Shown one piece after another: positions 12,501-25,269 of a stretch of DNA of 64,000 nt. Numbering within the stretch: position 1 is the first letter of the stretch; the number at the start of each line of letters is the position of its first letter. Source of the DNA: Saccostrea cucullata (Eukaryota). The stretch covers positions 620,001 through 684,000 of the forward strand of contig NW_026940638.1 of the NCBI RefSeq assembly GCF_032062105.1, written 5' to 3'. The translations under genes were made by a program, and so were the position numbers. A model generated the notes under the pieces. That model was not told where the DNA came from. It saw nothing but the letters and a program-made list of their open reading frames with translations, and did not search any database.

Positions 12501-15500
12501 CAGATAATGCAGATGTCAAAAATGAAAGCCCTATCTCTTCTTAATCAAAAGTTATGATGAAAAATAATTTTTTTGAAAAGTAGGTCGAACTTCAAGGTCA
12601 AGGTAACAGGGTCAAATGTCACAGACATATATATTTAGAAAGGTTTTGTCACAGGTAATATACATAAGTCTTATCATTTGTCTTTCAAAAGTATGATCTA
12701 TTTCAATTAATGTGAAAATTTTTAAAAAGTACATCAATCATTAAGATCAAGGTCATGGAATAATAAAATCATAGCATATTTGGAAAGGTCTTGTCACAAG
12801 TAATGTACAAGTAATGTGAAATATGAAAGTCTTATCCCTTCTTATTCAAAAGTTATGACAAGGTTAAAGTTTTTGATGGACAGACAGACAAATGAGATTT
12901 AATTAATCAAAATCCCCTCACTTTTGCGAAAGCGGTGGACAAAAGGGCAGGACTAAATCGAGTTGTAAGAGTTAAAAAGCAAATAACTTTTGGAGAGGGT
13001 AGGGAGGGGGCACCATACCAAAATATATTACAGGAGGAAAAAATAAATCAAATACATGTAATTAAAAAAATATATATATTCCTCAAAAATCTTATTCCAT
13101 TGTAGAATTATTTTTTTTTTTTCAATATTTACTGAGTTTTTAAATAATAGGGGCGAACTCCATCTATATACGTGCGGTCTTTGCGGAGATTTATTAAACT
13201 ACAGTATTTAATTAAAGGTAGCGTTTGATTACATCCCCCTTTCGAAAATTTATTAAATTTTTTAATTTAGAGTAGTTTTTGATTACATCTCCCCTTTCAA
13301 AACGCTGATCACCAGTTATCAGTGAATACCTTAGAGCACCAGAAAATAGACAGGACACGAATAGACCGGGGATCCCTGGGACATGTCCGAGGACATCCAT
13401 CACAAACAGCGGAAGTAACTGTAGAACAAAAATCTATCAAATTAGTTATAGTCCTTGTGCTTATTGGATTGAGCCAAATATCAGGAAATTAAAATGTTAG
13501 AAACAAATTAAACAGACTCTAATCTCTTGTATATTTACAACACGACACAGTAACTACGCTCCCTAACTTAGAACAAGATTCGAATACAGCAAAACTCGAA
13601 TATAACGAACGCTGATATAGCGAATTTGCGGCAATGAGTTTAAGATAACACACATGTATGTACCGCCAAAATCCTTAGATAAATCCATAACCCAGCCAAT
13701 TAAAATTATCAAAGCTGAAGCAAAAAAAAGTAATTTTCACTACACCGCTTAGGTAGGTATGAGCAAATGTGTCATTTCTTATTTTGCAATCAAGATTCTT
13801 GGATCCGCGCCTATTTACTTGTACATGTAAATCTGTTTCTGCATTAGGCACTGATCAACGAAAGCAGTCCATGCCTATGCTGTAATAAGATACAATGTAG
13901 TGGTAATGAAAACTTTTTTGTAGCGGTTGTGGAAATATAGCTGTAATGTAATGCACCCAATCCCAAGTCTGGTTCAAAAAGACGAAATACTAAGTAGTCA
14001 AATATATTATAAAACAAATGCCTATCACTTGAAAAAAAGCTAAAAGAAATAAAGCTACGGAAAATTGGCTTAATTGATAAGTAAATAAGTAAAAAATAAA
14101 GCAAATGTTTCAGGCACAAAGTAGCATCATCTGATCTTCTGAGATACTTGCCTGGTCAGAAGCCGAGATTAACCCGTAGGTCTTGGGGTCACATGTCTCA
14201 TAGAAGGCGTATATCACTGTACCAATCATAGCACAAATGTACAAAATGATGCACAGTCCGGGCCAATTCAACCAGTAAGCTCTACCGAAAAGGAATACCT
14301 ATTAACTATGCGTATTTACATTTTTTTTGCTGCTAATGCATTGCATCCACTGAATAAATTTTCCTTATTTTCTTAAGAAAATCAAAAAAATGTACAATGA
14401 CGTATATATATATATCAATTAAAAAATATTGAATCTACTTAATCCTACTTTAAATGATTTTTCGAATAGATATAAATTTAAACAATAAAATGTTCTTCTT
14501 TCTTTGTTATTGTTGCAGCTATTGCAGGAAAAAAAATGAATAACCCATTCACGCTGGTTAGGCTTTTTTTTTTAGGAACAACTGTAATTTTAATTCAACT
14601 ACTTATAGCCAAAGAAATCATTTTATTGTTCAAATGTTAAAAAATGCGAGGTCTACATGTATGGTTTAACTCATACATTTGTGCTTTCTTTAAAGTTGAA
14701 CACGTGACTGCGCGCTGAATTTGAGCTTGATTGGCGCCATACACGGAAAGCCACGTGAAGCAACCCCCAACAACACAGGTCCAAAAACTGTGGCGGATCG
14801 CAGGGTCGGGGTCAAAACTGAAACAGTAAATCATACATTCCTGACTCTGATATTTTATGAATAATTCGTTTGATAGTTTTCATAGACTTAAAATGACATT
14901 GAAAATCTTACTCCACAAAGTTGATGCGGCCAGATACCACGGAGCGTTCCCAGGCCTTAGCGAATCCCCCCACCTCTATACTGCCCTGAATTAGCACCGC
15001 TAGTAGTCCTGCCATCATCATACCGACCTGGAAGGTATCGGTCCATAGCACGGCCTTCATCCCGCCCTGTCAACCCATATACAGAGATTCGTGTCAGTTT
15101 TCATTCACTATTTATTAATCATAGCATGATTTTATTGAATTCATAGACTTGACAAGATTTTGTAGAGGAGGAAGTAAACCCCACCGCCTTCCTCTTTAAG
15201 ACCATGTAAATACCGATAGCATTGAAAACGGACGATTTGGTAACATCGTTTGAGGACTGGTCACCGCTTTTTTTTTTTTTTACAATATTGACCCCGACAC
15301 TTTTCACCCCGTCAGCTTTTTATGACTTATTTGTGATTTTATCCATACAACGGATAATTAACATTTTTTGTAAAAATATCTCACGATTTTTTTTTTTTTT
15401 TTGTAATATGACGTATTTGTGTTCTTAAAATAAAATGGCCACCTGTTATTATTTTATATGTATATTGAAATAGTAATTTTTTTTATAGGATAAATGGTAT

Positions 15501-18074
15501 GGACTGCATCACAAATATCATTAAAAATACGTGTAACTATCATGAAACCTCGCCCCTTTCCCTCCTTTCGGTTAATATTTTATCATTCACTACCCATGCC
15601 CTTAAATTACAGTTCAGAATTCTTGCTAGGATTGCCTGTTGAAAATATTTTACCCATTGTAATACCTTCTGTAAAAAAGGTTTTATACTTGTGGAATGGT
15701 TTTGTTTTTACCCCCCCCCCACCCCCTTTTCAGTTTCCTGGTCACCCGTGTTTTGATATTGAAATGTTCAGATTATGACACCTTATTGATAAATGAAGTA
15801 AACAAAAATATGTAGCTTTATCGATATTGTCAATCCAGACCGAATAAATTATATTCAAATGATTTCATAAAATGGCAAGAAAAAGATCCATAAGTAACGT
15901 TTTAGTTGAATATATTAAAGCATCGTTTTAATATACTTACTATAGTTGTGTAGAATATACAGACTAAGCCTACTGCCCATATAGAACCCCATAATGTAAA
16001 ACCAGTCACTGGAAAATAAGTACAAAACGATGTACATTCTAAATGTCAAAGTTATTATGATAAAAAAAACACAGTTTACATCAAACGAGTTAAACTTTTT
16101 AAATTTCACCAAAACTGACCTGCATTCAGGGCTAAAGATGGGGCATAAAGCACAATGGACATGTACAGTGTCTGAAGAAGAAAAAAAATACATCAGTAAC
16201 GCGTTCCTTGAGGAATATTGTACATAAAGTAAATATAGTAAATATATACCTTTCTTACTGTCAGATTGTAAAATTCTCCATTCGTATTAATTTATTATAA
16301 TAAGGACCTAATACAATTATACTATTAACATAAATTATGTACATGTACTAGTTTTTAACCACATTTTAAAGAATGAATAGCGCAATCTTCTTTATGAGAA
16401 AGATGTCGACTCCGATGATGTGATGTTCCACGACCATATAAACATTTCGTACATTGAACTCTTCGACCCTTAACATCTCACTCCATGCTCATTAGGTTTG
16501 CCATTTCCGAAAAGTTAAATCAAACAAAAAGGGACGGTTGTTTACAACTGCTTCCGCCATCAAGTAGCTGTCGTTAATTGCATAGTAGTTACTGTGAGTG
16601 TTTTGGTTAGCTTAAAATTAATGATGATCTGACCAATACAAAAAGATTAGTATACTGAACATATGTCTTCCTGGATTATAAAACTTTGTCAATACCCCCC
16701 CCCCCCCCCAAAAAAAAAAAAACCCATCAAAACGTGAGAGTGAGATACATATTAAGCCTTCTCTTTTTCTATATATTAAGAAAGAGTAAACTAAATTTGT
16801 TGACAGAGTTTGATATCGTTATTTGTCAGTATCTTGTTTAACGTCCCTCTCAAGAATTTTTCAGTTATATGGAGACGCCAGCTGAGGCCTGTTCAGCAGA
16901 GAGAACTGCCGGAGCGCTCACCAAAATTACTATTGGAGGTATAAGGAATTTTGGCGAGCGCTTGCGAACGTTCGCTCTGCTGAACAGGCCTCTGTTTCAT
17001 AGCGTTAAAAATCAAATCGCATCAAAAATTCAAAATATCACAGTTTGGACCATTTCTTTGAGATCTTAAATACACTTTCACCCAAGAATATCAGATTCCT
17101 TGAAACGTCCATGAATATATTAGCAGAGATTACAATCCAAAACGTGACTTCATTTCAGATCTGTAATCTGTGACCTAAATCTACTTAATATATCCTTTTT
17201 TTCTTTTGTAAACAGCGTGCGTTCATTTCGAGCACTCTCTGTTCAAGCCTATAGCTCAGGAGCAGAATTCTTTATTAGCGTGATTGAATGCATTTGAACT
17301 GTTTGGTCGCTGTGTAACTTGACCTAAAAATTGAACAGCAGCTGTGGCAATGCAAACTGTGTTTTGTGGATGAAGGCTTTCATTTGTAAACAACTTACCA
17401 TTTGAGTTACATATATAATGGCACCAATCGTCCTAGAAACCTTCCCGAATCGATGTTCCAAATACTGAAATTATAGTTTGAAAATGATAACCATTAAATA
17501 TCTGTTCCCAAAATTGTGTGATTTCCAGAATAATTGGCTTTTAAATGGGTTGTACATGAGATTTAAGATGGTTGTACATCTTCGATTGCTTTTCTTTACA
17601 GATGGTGGAATATTCTTATAATATATTTTATTATACAAGAGAGCTAGCTCTATTTCATGTATGATTTGCTGTACCTGTAAAATATGCACGCTCAGATTTT
17701 ACCTCGTATGAACTGGTTACGCGAAGTCTGTAAAATACAGGCATATAAACATGGGCTCCTCCAAGAATAACGAAAAAATAGCCCAGACCTATCCACCAGT
17801 AAATCGTGGTGTAGTTGTACATTTCAGCAGGTGTCCCCAGTAGAGTGATAGCGGACATGAAGCTAGCCAGGAGGGACAGGGCCACTGGAATTGGGTTCAT
17901 GTCCCCTCCAGCCAGTAAAAAGTCCTTGGTGTTAGATTTCTGACGGTCTTTGATGGCATAAAATAATCCAATTCCTGCAGAACAAAACAATAATCCTGCA
18001 AAGAGAATATAATCCACAATCTGGAATTCATTTTTCTGTCCGGTCTGAAAACTGTACAGTCGATCTCCCGCCAT
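9506..18074 (-). CDS. SLC5A8: Sodium:solute symporter of the SLC5A5/6/8/12 group (SMCT-like), 15 exons, ~649 aa
   Basis: Exons 18074-17703, 17464-17399, 16171-16120, 16008-15941, 15066-14912, 14817-14677, 14281-14152, 13418-13330, 11982-11864, 11757-11690, 11478-11392, 11067-10814, 10260-10160, 9952-9834, 9634-9506 (1950 nt, phases consistent). Motifs [62 protein letters not shown]. The exact subtype is uncertain. Confidence 0.88.
10393..10604. mobile_element. MITE (TACTGTA...TACAGTA type)
   Basis: Inverted termini tactgtacatcact / agtgatttacagta with repeated ttcgcga motifs. Confidence 0.55.
12330..12945 (-). mobile_element. Helentron/HINE-like element with internal ~150-bp tandem repeats
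   Basis: Reverse copy of the 31816-32778 family: caaggtcaaggt units, gacagacagac microsatellite and terminal cttttgcgaaagcgg hairpin. Confidence 0.65.
16886..16992. mobile_element. ~107-bp palindromic mini-element next to a SINE 3' fragment (16835-16880)
   Basis: 18-bp perfect inverted termini gaggcctgttcagcagag / ctctgctgaacaggcctc, plus internal gagcgctcaccaaaatt / aattttggcgagcgct. Confidence 0.6.
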
Positions 18075-18552
18075 GGTTCACCTTGTTGTGGACTTCTATC
18101 TGTGTCAGCTGCGCGACAATGCCAGCTATTTATGAATGACAAATGAACGTTACTACAACCTCTTTAGATTTATAGTGTGTGTGACTCGTGTGCTCAATAT
18201 TTTGAACTGCTGAAGCAGGCGCCCCAGCGACCTTGATAGACATCTGGAGTGCCATGCACTATATACCTGTTTATTTTTAGATCAAAATTTTGCGGTATAG
18301 CAGATAAATTTTAATTCCACTTTTATCGGCCGCTGCACATTTTATCTGTACAAGTCCGTTGAGACCCGTCTTATCTGTTTAAATAAACTTAAGGATTTTT
18401 CCGCATTGACGCAAGTGCTTTTGTAACTCAACAACATCCTACCAAAGTGGCATACATTGGTGGGTGGTGCATTCTATTTTAAATCGGGATCGATGTTCAC
18501 CTGATATTGTTTATATTGACAATGGTTACATAAAACATTTGGCAATCTTTAT

Positions 18553-18560
18553 TGACGTGG
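18553..18560 (+). promoter_or_regulatory. UPRE/CREB3/XBP1-type TGACGTGG box upstream of ARF-like copy 1
   Basis: The same 8-mer occurs at 20448-20455 (copy 2) and 24321-24328 (copy 3, minus strand), 72-87 bp before each ATG. Confidence 0.5.
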
Positions 18561-18628
18561 AGGAAATTACTATATTAAATAAAGAATCATATAAGCATGT
18601 AAATTACTGGTCATTTATGTGATACGAA

Positions 18629-19267
18629 ATGGGAAATTTGGCTGGTATATTTTGCCGACGTGAACAAATTCGGATTTTTATGTTTGGTTTGGATGCTGCC
18701 GGGAAAACTAGTATTCTTTACTATTACCATCTCGGAGAAGTTGTCACCACCATTCCTACCATGGGAATGAATGTAGAGACAGTGAAGTTTAAGAGTTTTG
18801 ACTTGACAGTATGGGATGTAAGCACTCGTGATAAAATGAGGGTACTCTTGAGGCATTATCTCCCGAACACTCAGGCCGTGGTGTTTGTCGTGGACAGTGT
18901 CGACAGAGACAGAATTCCAGAAGTGAAAGAAGAACTACATAGAATTTTGTCTGAAGATGATCTAAAAGGTGTTCCTATTGCTTTTGCTTTGAACAAGAGA
19001 GATCTTCCCAAATGTTTGACAAAAGAAGAGATAATGATGAAATTAGAGATACAGAAAATCCAGAAAGACAGGCCATGTGAAACTTTTCTGACGACAATCA
19101 GACCTACAGACAAAGTAGAAACGGAGTTCGATAAATTAATGGAATGGATTGTCAATGAAGCAACCAAACGACGAAATGAACTTGCATTAATAAATCCAAA
19201 AGTGGATCGATTTTCTACCTACGTATGGCAACCAATCATGACATTAAGAAATATGATGTTTGAATGA
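18629..19267 (+). CDS. ARF-like small GTPase, copy 1 (212 aa, intronless CDS)
   Basis: Gly2, GLDAAGKT P-loop, TTIPT switch I, WDVSTRDK (canonical WDVGGQDK), FVVDS, NKRD; ~30-aa C-terminal extension. Confidence 0.9.
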   Translation: MGNLAGIFCRREQIRIFMFGLDAAGKTSILYYYHLGEVVTTIPTMGMNVETVKFKSFDLTVWDVSTRDKMRVLLRHYLPNTQAVVFVVDSVDRDRIPEVKEELHRILSEDDLKGVPIAFALNKRDLPKCLTKEEIMMKLEIQKIQKDRPCETFLTTIRPTDKVETEFDKLMEWIVNEATKRRNELALINPKVDRFSTYVWQPIMTLRNMMFE

Positions 19268-20519
19268 AGATATTATATAAGTCTATACACTTTTGACAAC
19301 AATTCTGAGAGTTTGAAAAAATTTGGTCTGTAACAATATTCACTAGGAAGTTTGTACTGGAAGAACAAATCAAGCTGGCAATCTTCTGGTAAATTAAATT
19401 GTCTAACTTTTCGTTTAATTCCATACATGGCTTTTTATCTCACATCCAGAATGAATAGATCTAAACCCTCTGTAGATTCAAATTAAATTGTAGAACAGAA
19501 TAAATAATTTAAAATACAGCAAAATTTCATTTTCAGAGTTTATTGTTCAATTATAATTTTTTTTTTTTATAAAAGTAAAACATTTACTAATCTAAGTTCA
19601 TTATTCAAAATTGTTACATGAGATCATTTTGTTGCCTTGATGCGAATACTAATTAGGTTATCTGCAATTTGGATACTGACTTTACTAATACCGATGACTG
19701 GATAAAGTCATTATTTTGAAATAATCGCTCATCTTTGATTCAACTGCTTTCTTTTAATGATATGTTTGAGAAGTAATTACTAGTAATGCATTCTTTACAG
19801 CATTAAGAATTACCAATTAAAAATGACGATATTTCAATTTATCAGCTGTTTTGATTTTATATAGCTTTGTATTTAGATTGATTGTACTCAGTACTACTCA
19901 CCAAACTGCAAAATACATCAAAATGCGTATTTCTGAACAGTTTAAGCTTTTGCGAAAACATTTGAATATGAAAAAAACACTAACTATATTTTATCGAACT
20001 TAACAATTTGTTTATCAAAATGAAAAATATACTTGTAATTATGTTCGCCGCAAAAGGGTTACTATTTACATCTTCGTGATGTTTCTAGTGGTAGTTTTAC
20101 TGAATGACAAATTTTTCTTATACGTTAGTCATCTTCTTCCTATTTTCCAATAAGTTAACTTAAGTAAATCTACATCCGTAAGTATGCATATATTTACATG
20201 TGTACTATTCCATGGTAAGGGCGCTGAAATTAGTGATTAGCTCATTCTCTTTATTATGCTGATCAACTTAATTCCTCGCATTCTTTAAAGGAAGTCATTG
20301 CAATTGAAAAGAAACGTTCAACGTGTGTATGAGTAACTGTGGTCAAACCAAAGAATTTAATAAGGGACAGTCGTCTTTGGCCAAACAAAATTCAGGTCGG
20401 GCTCGATGTTTGTATTTAAATTATTTACATTGACAACATGTAACATATGACGTGGAACTAATACATGCTTGATAATATTTTATTAAATGGATACACCTTA
20501 ATAATAATTTAGGGACAGT

Positions 20520-21143
20520 ATGGGGAATTCGTCAGCCAAGAGACAACCTGTGAGGATTTTGGTATTGGGATTGTACGACTCAGGGAAAACCAGCATTCTA
20601 CACTACTCAAAACTTGGAGAAGTTGTAACAACAACACCTATGATTGGCTTTACTGTCGAAACTTTGATAAACAAGCGGTTAATTTTGACTGGGTGGGATG
20701 TAGGGGGTCGAGATAAAATTCGTCCCTTGTACAGACATTATTATTCAAATAATGACGCCTTGATTTTTGTTGTGGATAGTAGTGATGAAGATGAACTTGA
20801 AAGAGCTAAAGAGGAATTAATGAGACATTTGTCTGAGACCGAGTTGCAGAATATGCCACTAGCCATTGCCTTTCACAAATGGGATAAACATAAGCACATG
20901 ACAATCTCAAAGATGCAAGATGCATTTGGAGTGTCAGGAATCAGGAAAAGTAGACCTTGTGAAGCATTCGCGACGTCAGTGATTTGTGATGATGGAATGG
21001 AACTTAAGCGAATGTTATACTGGGTCTATGAGGTCGTCAGAGAAAGGCAGGACTCCGTCAAACAGACTCAGTCTAATGAGGCTCACTCTCTAGACTTCGT
21101 GGAACGCGCTCTAACGAAATTCAAAACTCTACTATTTAATTAA
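20520..21143 (+). CDS. ARF-like small GTPase, copy 2 (207 aa, divergent paralogue)
   Basis: MGNSS myristoylation consensus, GLYDSGKT, WDVGGRDKIRPLYRHYY, FVVDSSD, G4 altered to HKWD. Confidence 0.88.
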   Translation: MGNSSAKRQPVRILVLGLYDSGKTSILHYSKLGEVVTTTPMIGFTVETLINKRLILTGWDVGGRDKIRPLYRHYYSNNDALIFVVDSSDEDELERAKEELMRHLSETELQNMPLAIAFHKWDKHKHMTISKMQDAFGVSGIRKSRPCEAFATSVICDDGMELKRMLYWVYEVVRERQDSVKQTQSNEAHSLDFVERALTKFKTLLFN

Positions 21144-21925
21144 TTTGTGTAGATATCAGATATTCAGACGCTTGGAGAAAAAGTATTGAGGATAATTCTC
21201 GGATAAATTACAGGGCTCTAACAATTTTTGTGTGTAGTTTTAATCATGATCTTCTAAACACAAAAGGCAGCAACATGGTTTTTGGATGCTGAAAAAACAT
21301 TAATACAGCGTGAAAGTATAAACATTTCATCTAGCTTATATCGAATATACTAAGATATTTTTCAATAATAGAAACAATAGTTAAATATTATGTGAAATAA
21401 AGCAATATACCCAACCTTTCATCAAAAAGTGCGGGTGACAAACATTCACAAAATTAATGGTGTTGATATGTACTTCAAATACTTGTACAAACTACAAAGT
21501 ATATATTTGATAAATGTACAGTAAAAATGAATAATTTTTTTCTCTCTGTTCACTTCAAATTTTTTTCAATAATTATACTTTAATTCACTGCATCAAACTT
21601 AGGTAAATTACACATTAACACTGAAAGAAAAACCTAGTGAATTTAACTAGTGTGCCTCGTAAAACGTTGGTCGTGATTAGTAATCTTTCTGTTTACCGGC
21701 TAAGATTGTAAGTTGTGGAGCGGGAGTCGTATAGATACTTAGATACATAGTGAAAGTTACTTATCAATTCTAGATTTACTAATAGTATCTAGTAAATATA
21801 CCCAATACCTAGTAAAACTATTTTAAGTTAGTGAATTTATGGACATTGAATTTACTAATTTTCGTAGTGATTTTAACTAGTTATTTTTTACATGTTACAA
21901 ATGCTTTTTTCAAGTCAAAGGGGAA

Positions 21926-22106
21926 CCTCACTCCTCCTACACACCTAATCCCACCTCTACAGTTTCCGGGGGCCTGGGTTTATGATCCTCACTCCCCCTA
22001 CACACCTAATCCCACCTCTACAGTTTCCGGGGGCCTGGGTTTATGATCCTCACTCCCCCTACACACCTAATCCCACCTCTACAGTTTCCGGGGCCTGGAT
22101 TTATGA
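21926..22106 (+). repeat. Tandem repeat, 3 x 61 bp
   Basis: cctcactcc...cacctaatcccacctctacagtttccgggggcctgg units start at 21926, 21987 and 22048; a related single copy lies on the minus strand at ~24790-24870. Confidence 0.85.
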
Positions 22107-22329
22107 CAAGTTCACGGATATATGTATTGTTTGTCGATTTTAGATTGGTCTTGTTCTTTATCTTCACCTTTTCTCATTGATTGTGTATGTGACCTATGTG
22201 CTCAATATTTTGAAGTTTTGAAGAAGTCGCCTTAACGAATTTGAAGACAGCTAGAGTAAAATGCACTAAAGCGTAGTTTTTATAAAAATTCTGAGGTAAA
22301 ACAGATAGATTTTGATTTCATCGGCCGTT

Positions 22330-23040
22330 TAATCCCGGTTAAGTCCCTGCAACCGGATACTGCCTGCTGAAGACCGCATGTTAATGTCAGAGATTTTGTT
22401 GCCCACAGAATATCGATGTCTGGCACTGGCCAACACAGTATCACCCGACTTCTCAATAGACAATCGCCCGCGTGGCGCAGTGGTTAGATCGTCTGCTTTA
22501 GAGTCGCGAAGTAAGGAGTTAATCCTTACGTCGCAGGTTCGAATACCACTGTGGGACGTGGAGACCTGCCCTTCGGATGAGACCGTATAAACCGAGGTCG
22601 CGTGTCGCAGTAGGTGCTGGCACGAAAAAGATCCCTCCCAGCTCAATGGCCCTTAGTGCCGGGTAAAGGACAAAATTTGCAGCTCTCCACCGGCAAGTGG
22701 TGGCGTCTCCATATGAGTGAAAATTTTTCGAGAGGGACGTTAAACAATATACAATCAATCAATAGACAATATATTTGGGATGAAATAGAAAGACGGTAAC
22801 GTCGTTTACAGAAGCAGTGTTTGAGATTTAAGCGAAAAAGACCAATATTTGGAACAGCATACCCAAGACATTCTTTTCTTTTAACAATTTGGCGTCATCA
22901 TTCAATGAGATGACGGTGTCAAACATGCGTAAACGCAAATAGTGACCGTGGTATTGTTCGTAAATCGCCTTTCAAGCACCAGAGTCTTTCTAACGTCCTG
23001 TACAGGTGACATTATGAGGTAAATAAAAATCAAATCCAAT
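22330..23040 (+). mobile_element. Tc1/mariner transposase 3' remnant, interrupted by a SINE
   Basis: Encodes degenerate QQDNARPH-like and YIWDEIERR motifs; 22770-23040 is the reverse complement of ~25280-25555. Confidence 0.65.
22465..22759 (+). mobile_element. tRNA-derived V-domain-type SINE
   Basis: Head gtggcgcagtggttag...ggttcgaat, core ggatgagaccgtataaaccgaggtc, (caat)n tail; 11-bp TSD caatagacaat at 22454-22464 and 22760-22770. Confidence 0.85.
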
Positions 23041-23602
23041 TATATATAAACAGTACATTTCTGTATCATGTTACGAAATAGATTGTATTGTGTTTCATTT
23101 CATTTTATTTTATTCAGGTGAAAAAATATCACAGAATGTCATGATTCACATTTTAAAAAATACAGATTAGTCCAGTATATAAAAACCCGCATGTTATCTC
23201 AGCACTATGCTACTAAATAAAGATCTAAGTTGAACATATGATTACCCACAAAAGCCTTTTAAATAGCTTATTTCCAATGGGGTCCTCAAATAACAAATAT
23301 GTTAGTAACAAAAATTACATTACTGTTGGAATTTAGGCAGGGTATTTTCTTAAATATAGCATAATGCTTTGAAAATGACGTTTCCTAATAACTCATTTTA
23401 CCTTAAGAATTATCACAATAATGCTTATAAAATTAAAATAAATAAATAGATTGTATTGTGATTTATATTTTATGAATGATTTATCGAGTCATCCTAAAAG
23501 CAAAGTTAGTGATCATATCATATTGTGTACAACCCCATATTTTTTTCTGCATCAAACCGACAAAGTGATCACAAGTAGTGTCCGAAATAAAAATGTATAT
23601 TG

Positions 23603-24241
23603 TCATTCAAACATCATGCTTTTCATTTTCATTATTGGTTGCCATACGTAGGTAGAAAACCGATCAACTTTTGGATTTGTTAATGAAAGCTCATTTCGTC
23701 GTTTGACAGTATTATTAGTTATCCATTCCATTAATTTATCGAACTCTGTTTCCACTTTGTCTGTGGGTCTGATTGTTGTCAGAAAAGCTTCACAAGGTCT
23801 ATCTTTCTGGATTTTCTTTATCTCTAATTTTTCCATTATCTCTTCTTTTGTCATACAATTGGGAAGATCTCTCTTATTCAAAGCCAGAGCAATAGGAACA
23901 TCTTTCAGTTCATCTTCAGACAAAATTCTATGTAGTTCTTCTTTCACTTCTAAGATTCTGTCACTGTCGACACTGTCGACGACAAACACTAAAGCCTGGG
24001 TGTTCTGGTAATAATGCCTCCAGAGTGGTCTAATTTTATCTCGAGTGCCTACATCCCATACTGTCAAGTCAAGATTTTTAAATTTCACTGTCTCCACATT
24101 AAATCCTATGGTAGGAATAGTTGTGACAACTTCTCCAAGATGGTAATAGTAAAGAATGCTAGTTTTTCCAGCAGCATCCAGACCAAGCATCAAAATCCGC
24201 ACTTTTTCACGTCGGCAAAATATACCAGCCAAATTTCCCAT
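23603..24241 (-). CDS. ARF-like small GTPase, copy 3 (212 aa), inverted paralogue of copy 1
   Basis: [51 protein letters not shown]; closest of the four copies to canonical ARF. Confidence 0.92.
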   Translation of the reverse strand: MGNLAGIFCRREKVRILMLGLDAAGKTSILYYYHLGEVVTTIPTIGFNVETVKFKNLDLTVWDVGTRDKIRPLWRHYYQNTQALVFVVDSVDSDRILEVKEELHRILSEDELKDVPIALALNKRDLPNCMTKEEIMEKLEIKKIQKDRPCEAFLTTIRPTDKVETEFDKLMEWITNNTVKRRNELSLTNPKVDRFSTYVWQPIMKMKSMMFE

Positions 24242-24888
24242 TTTGTTTTACATGAATGACCAGTATATCAGTATATCTCTACATGTTTAAATGCTTCTAT
24301 ATTTAATACTGTCATTTCCTCCACGTCAATAAGGATTGCAACATCGGAAGTAAATATTACAAAGGTAAATTATAAACAATGCGTGTGGACATCGATCCCG
24401 ATGTAAAAACACGATTGAACTATCCACCTTATGTTATACTTCGTTACATGTATTAAACTGTTTCTTAATCTGCCACTTTAAAATTGTTGGGTATCAAAAC
24501 CGCCTGCATAAATGTGGGAACACCCTCAAGTTAATTCAACAGATAAGACGGATCTCAAAAACTTACACATGAAATATGCATCAGCCGATGAATTATCTAT
24601 TTTACCCGCACAGAAATTCTAACTATAAAAAAAGATTAGTGCACGTCACTCTACCAAGTTCTCTAAGGCGGCTGCTATCGAACTTCAAAAAATTGAGCAC
24701 TGTCAAATAAATGAAAAAAGATGAATATAAATAAACATCAATCGAAAATAAAAAAAAAAACAAATCTGTGGACAAAGACATTAGCGCAGACCCCTGGAGT
24801 CACCAGAGGTGAGTCCAGATATTTAAGAGGAGTGAGGATTCTTTTGACTGGCCACACCCGCCATGAACCCCATGTACTGACCAAATAG

Positions 24889-25185
24889 ATAGTCAAATTT
24901 AGTATTTTAACTCCCTCTCGAGAATTTTTCACTCACATGGAGACGCCACCACTTGCCAGTGGAGAGCTGCATATTTTGTCTTATACTCGGCACTGAGGGC
25001 CATTGAGCAGGGAGGGATCTTTTTCGTGCCAGCACCTACTGCGACACGGGAACTCGATTTATATGGTATCATCCGAAGGACCGGTCTCCGTGTCCCACAT
25101 TGGGATTCGAACCTGCGACGTTAGAATCAAATCCTTACTTCGCGACTCTAGAACAGATGCTCTAACCTCTGCGCCACGCGGGCGT
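24889..25185 (-). mobile_element. V-domain-type SINE (reverse orientation)
   Basis: Reverse complement of 22465-22759; possible TSD ccaaatag. Confidence 0.85.
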
Positions 25186-25269
25186 CCAAATAGTATAAAA
25201 TATGTCAACCAAAAACGACCCAATGGAAGATTAAATTGGCTTTCAAGGTCATTATAACGACTATACAAT

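Noticed and set aside
16620-16632. C/D-box snoRNA in SLC5A intron 2
   Set aside because: ATGATGA and CTGA are adjacent with no guide region or terminal stem.
18611-24259. Antisense ORFs over the ARF genes (e.g. 18871-19167, 23703-24011)
   Set aside because: Shadow frames of the sense CDS; their similarity follows from the duplication.
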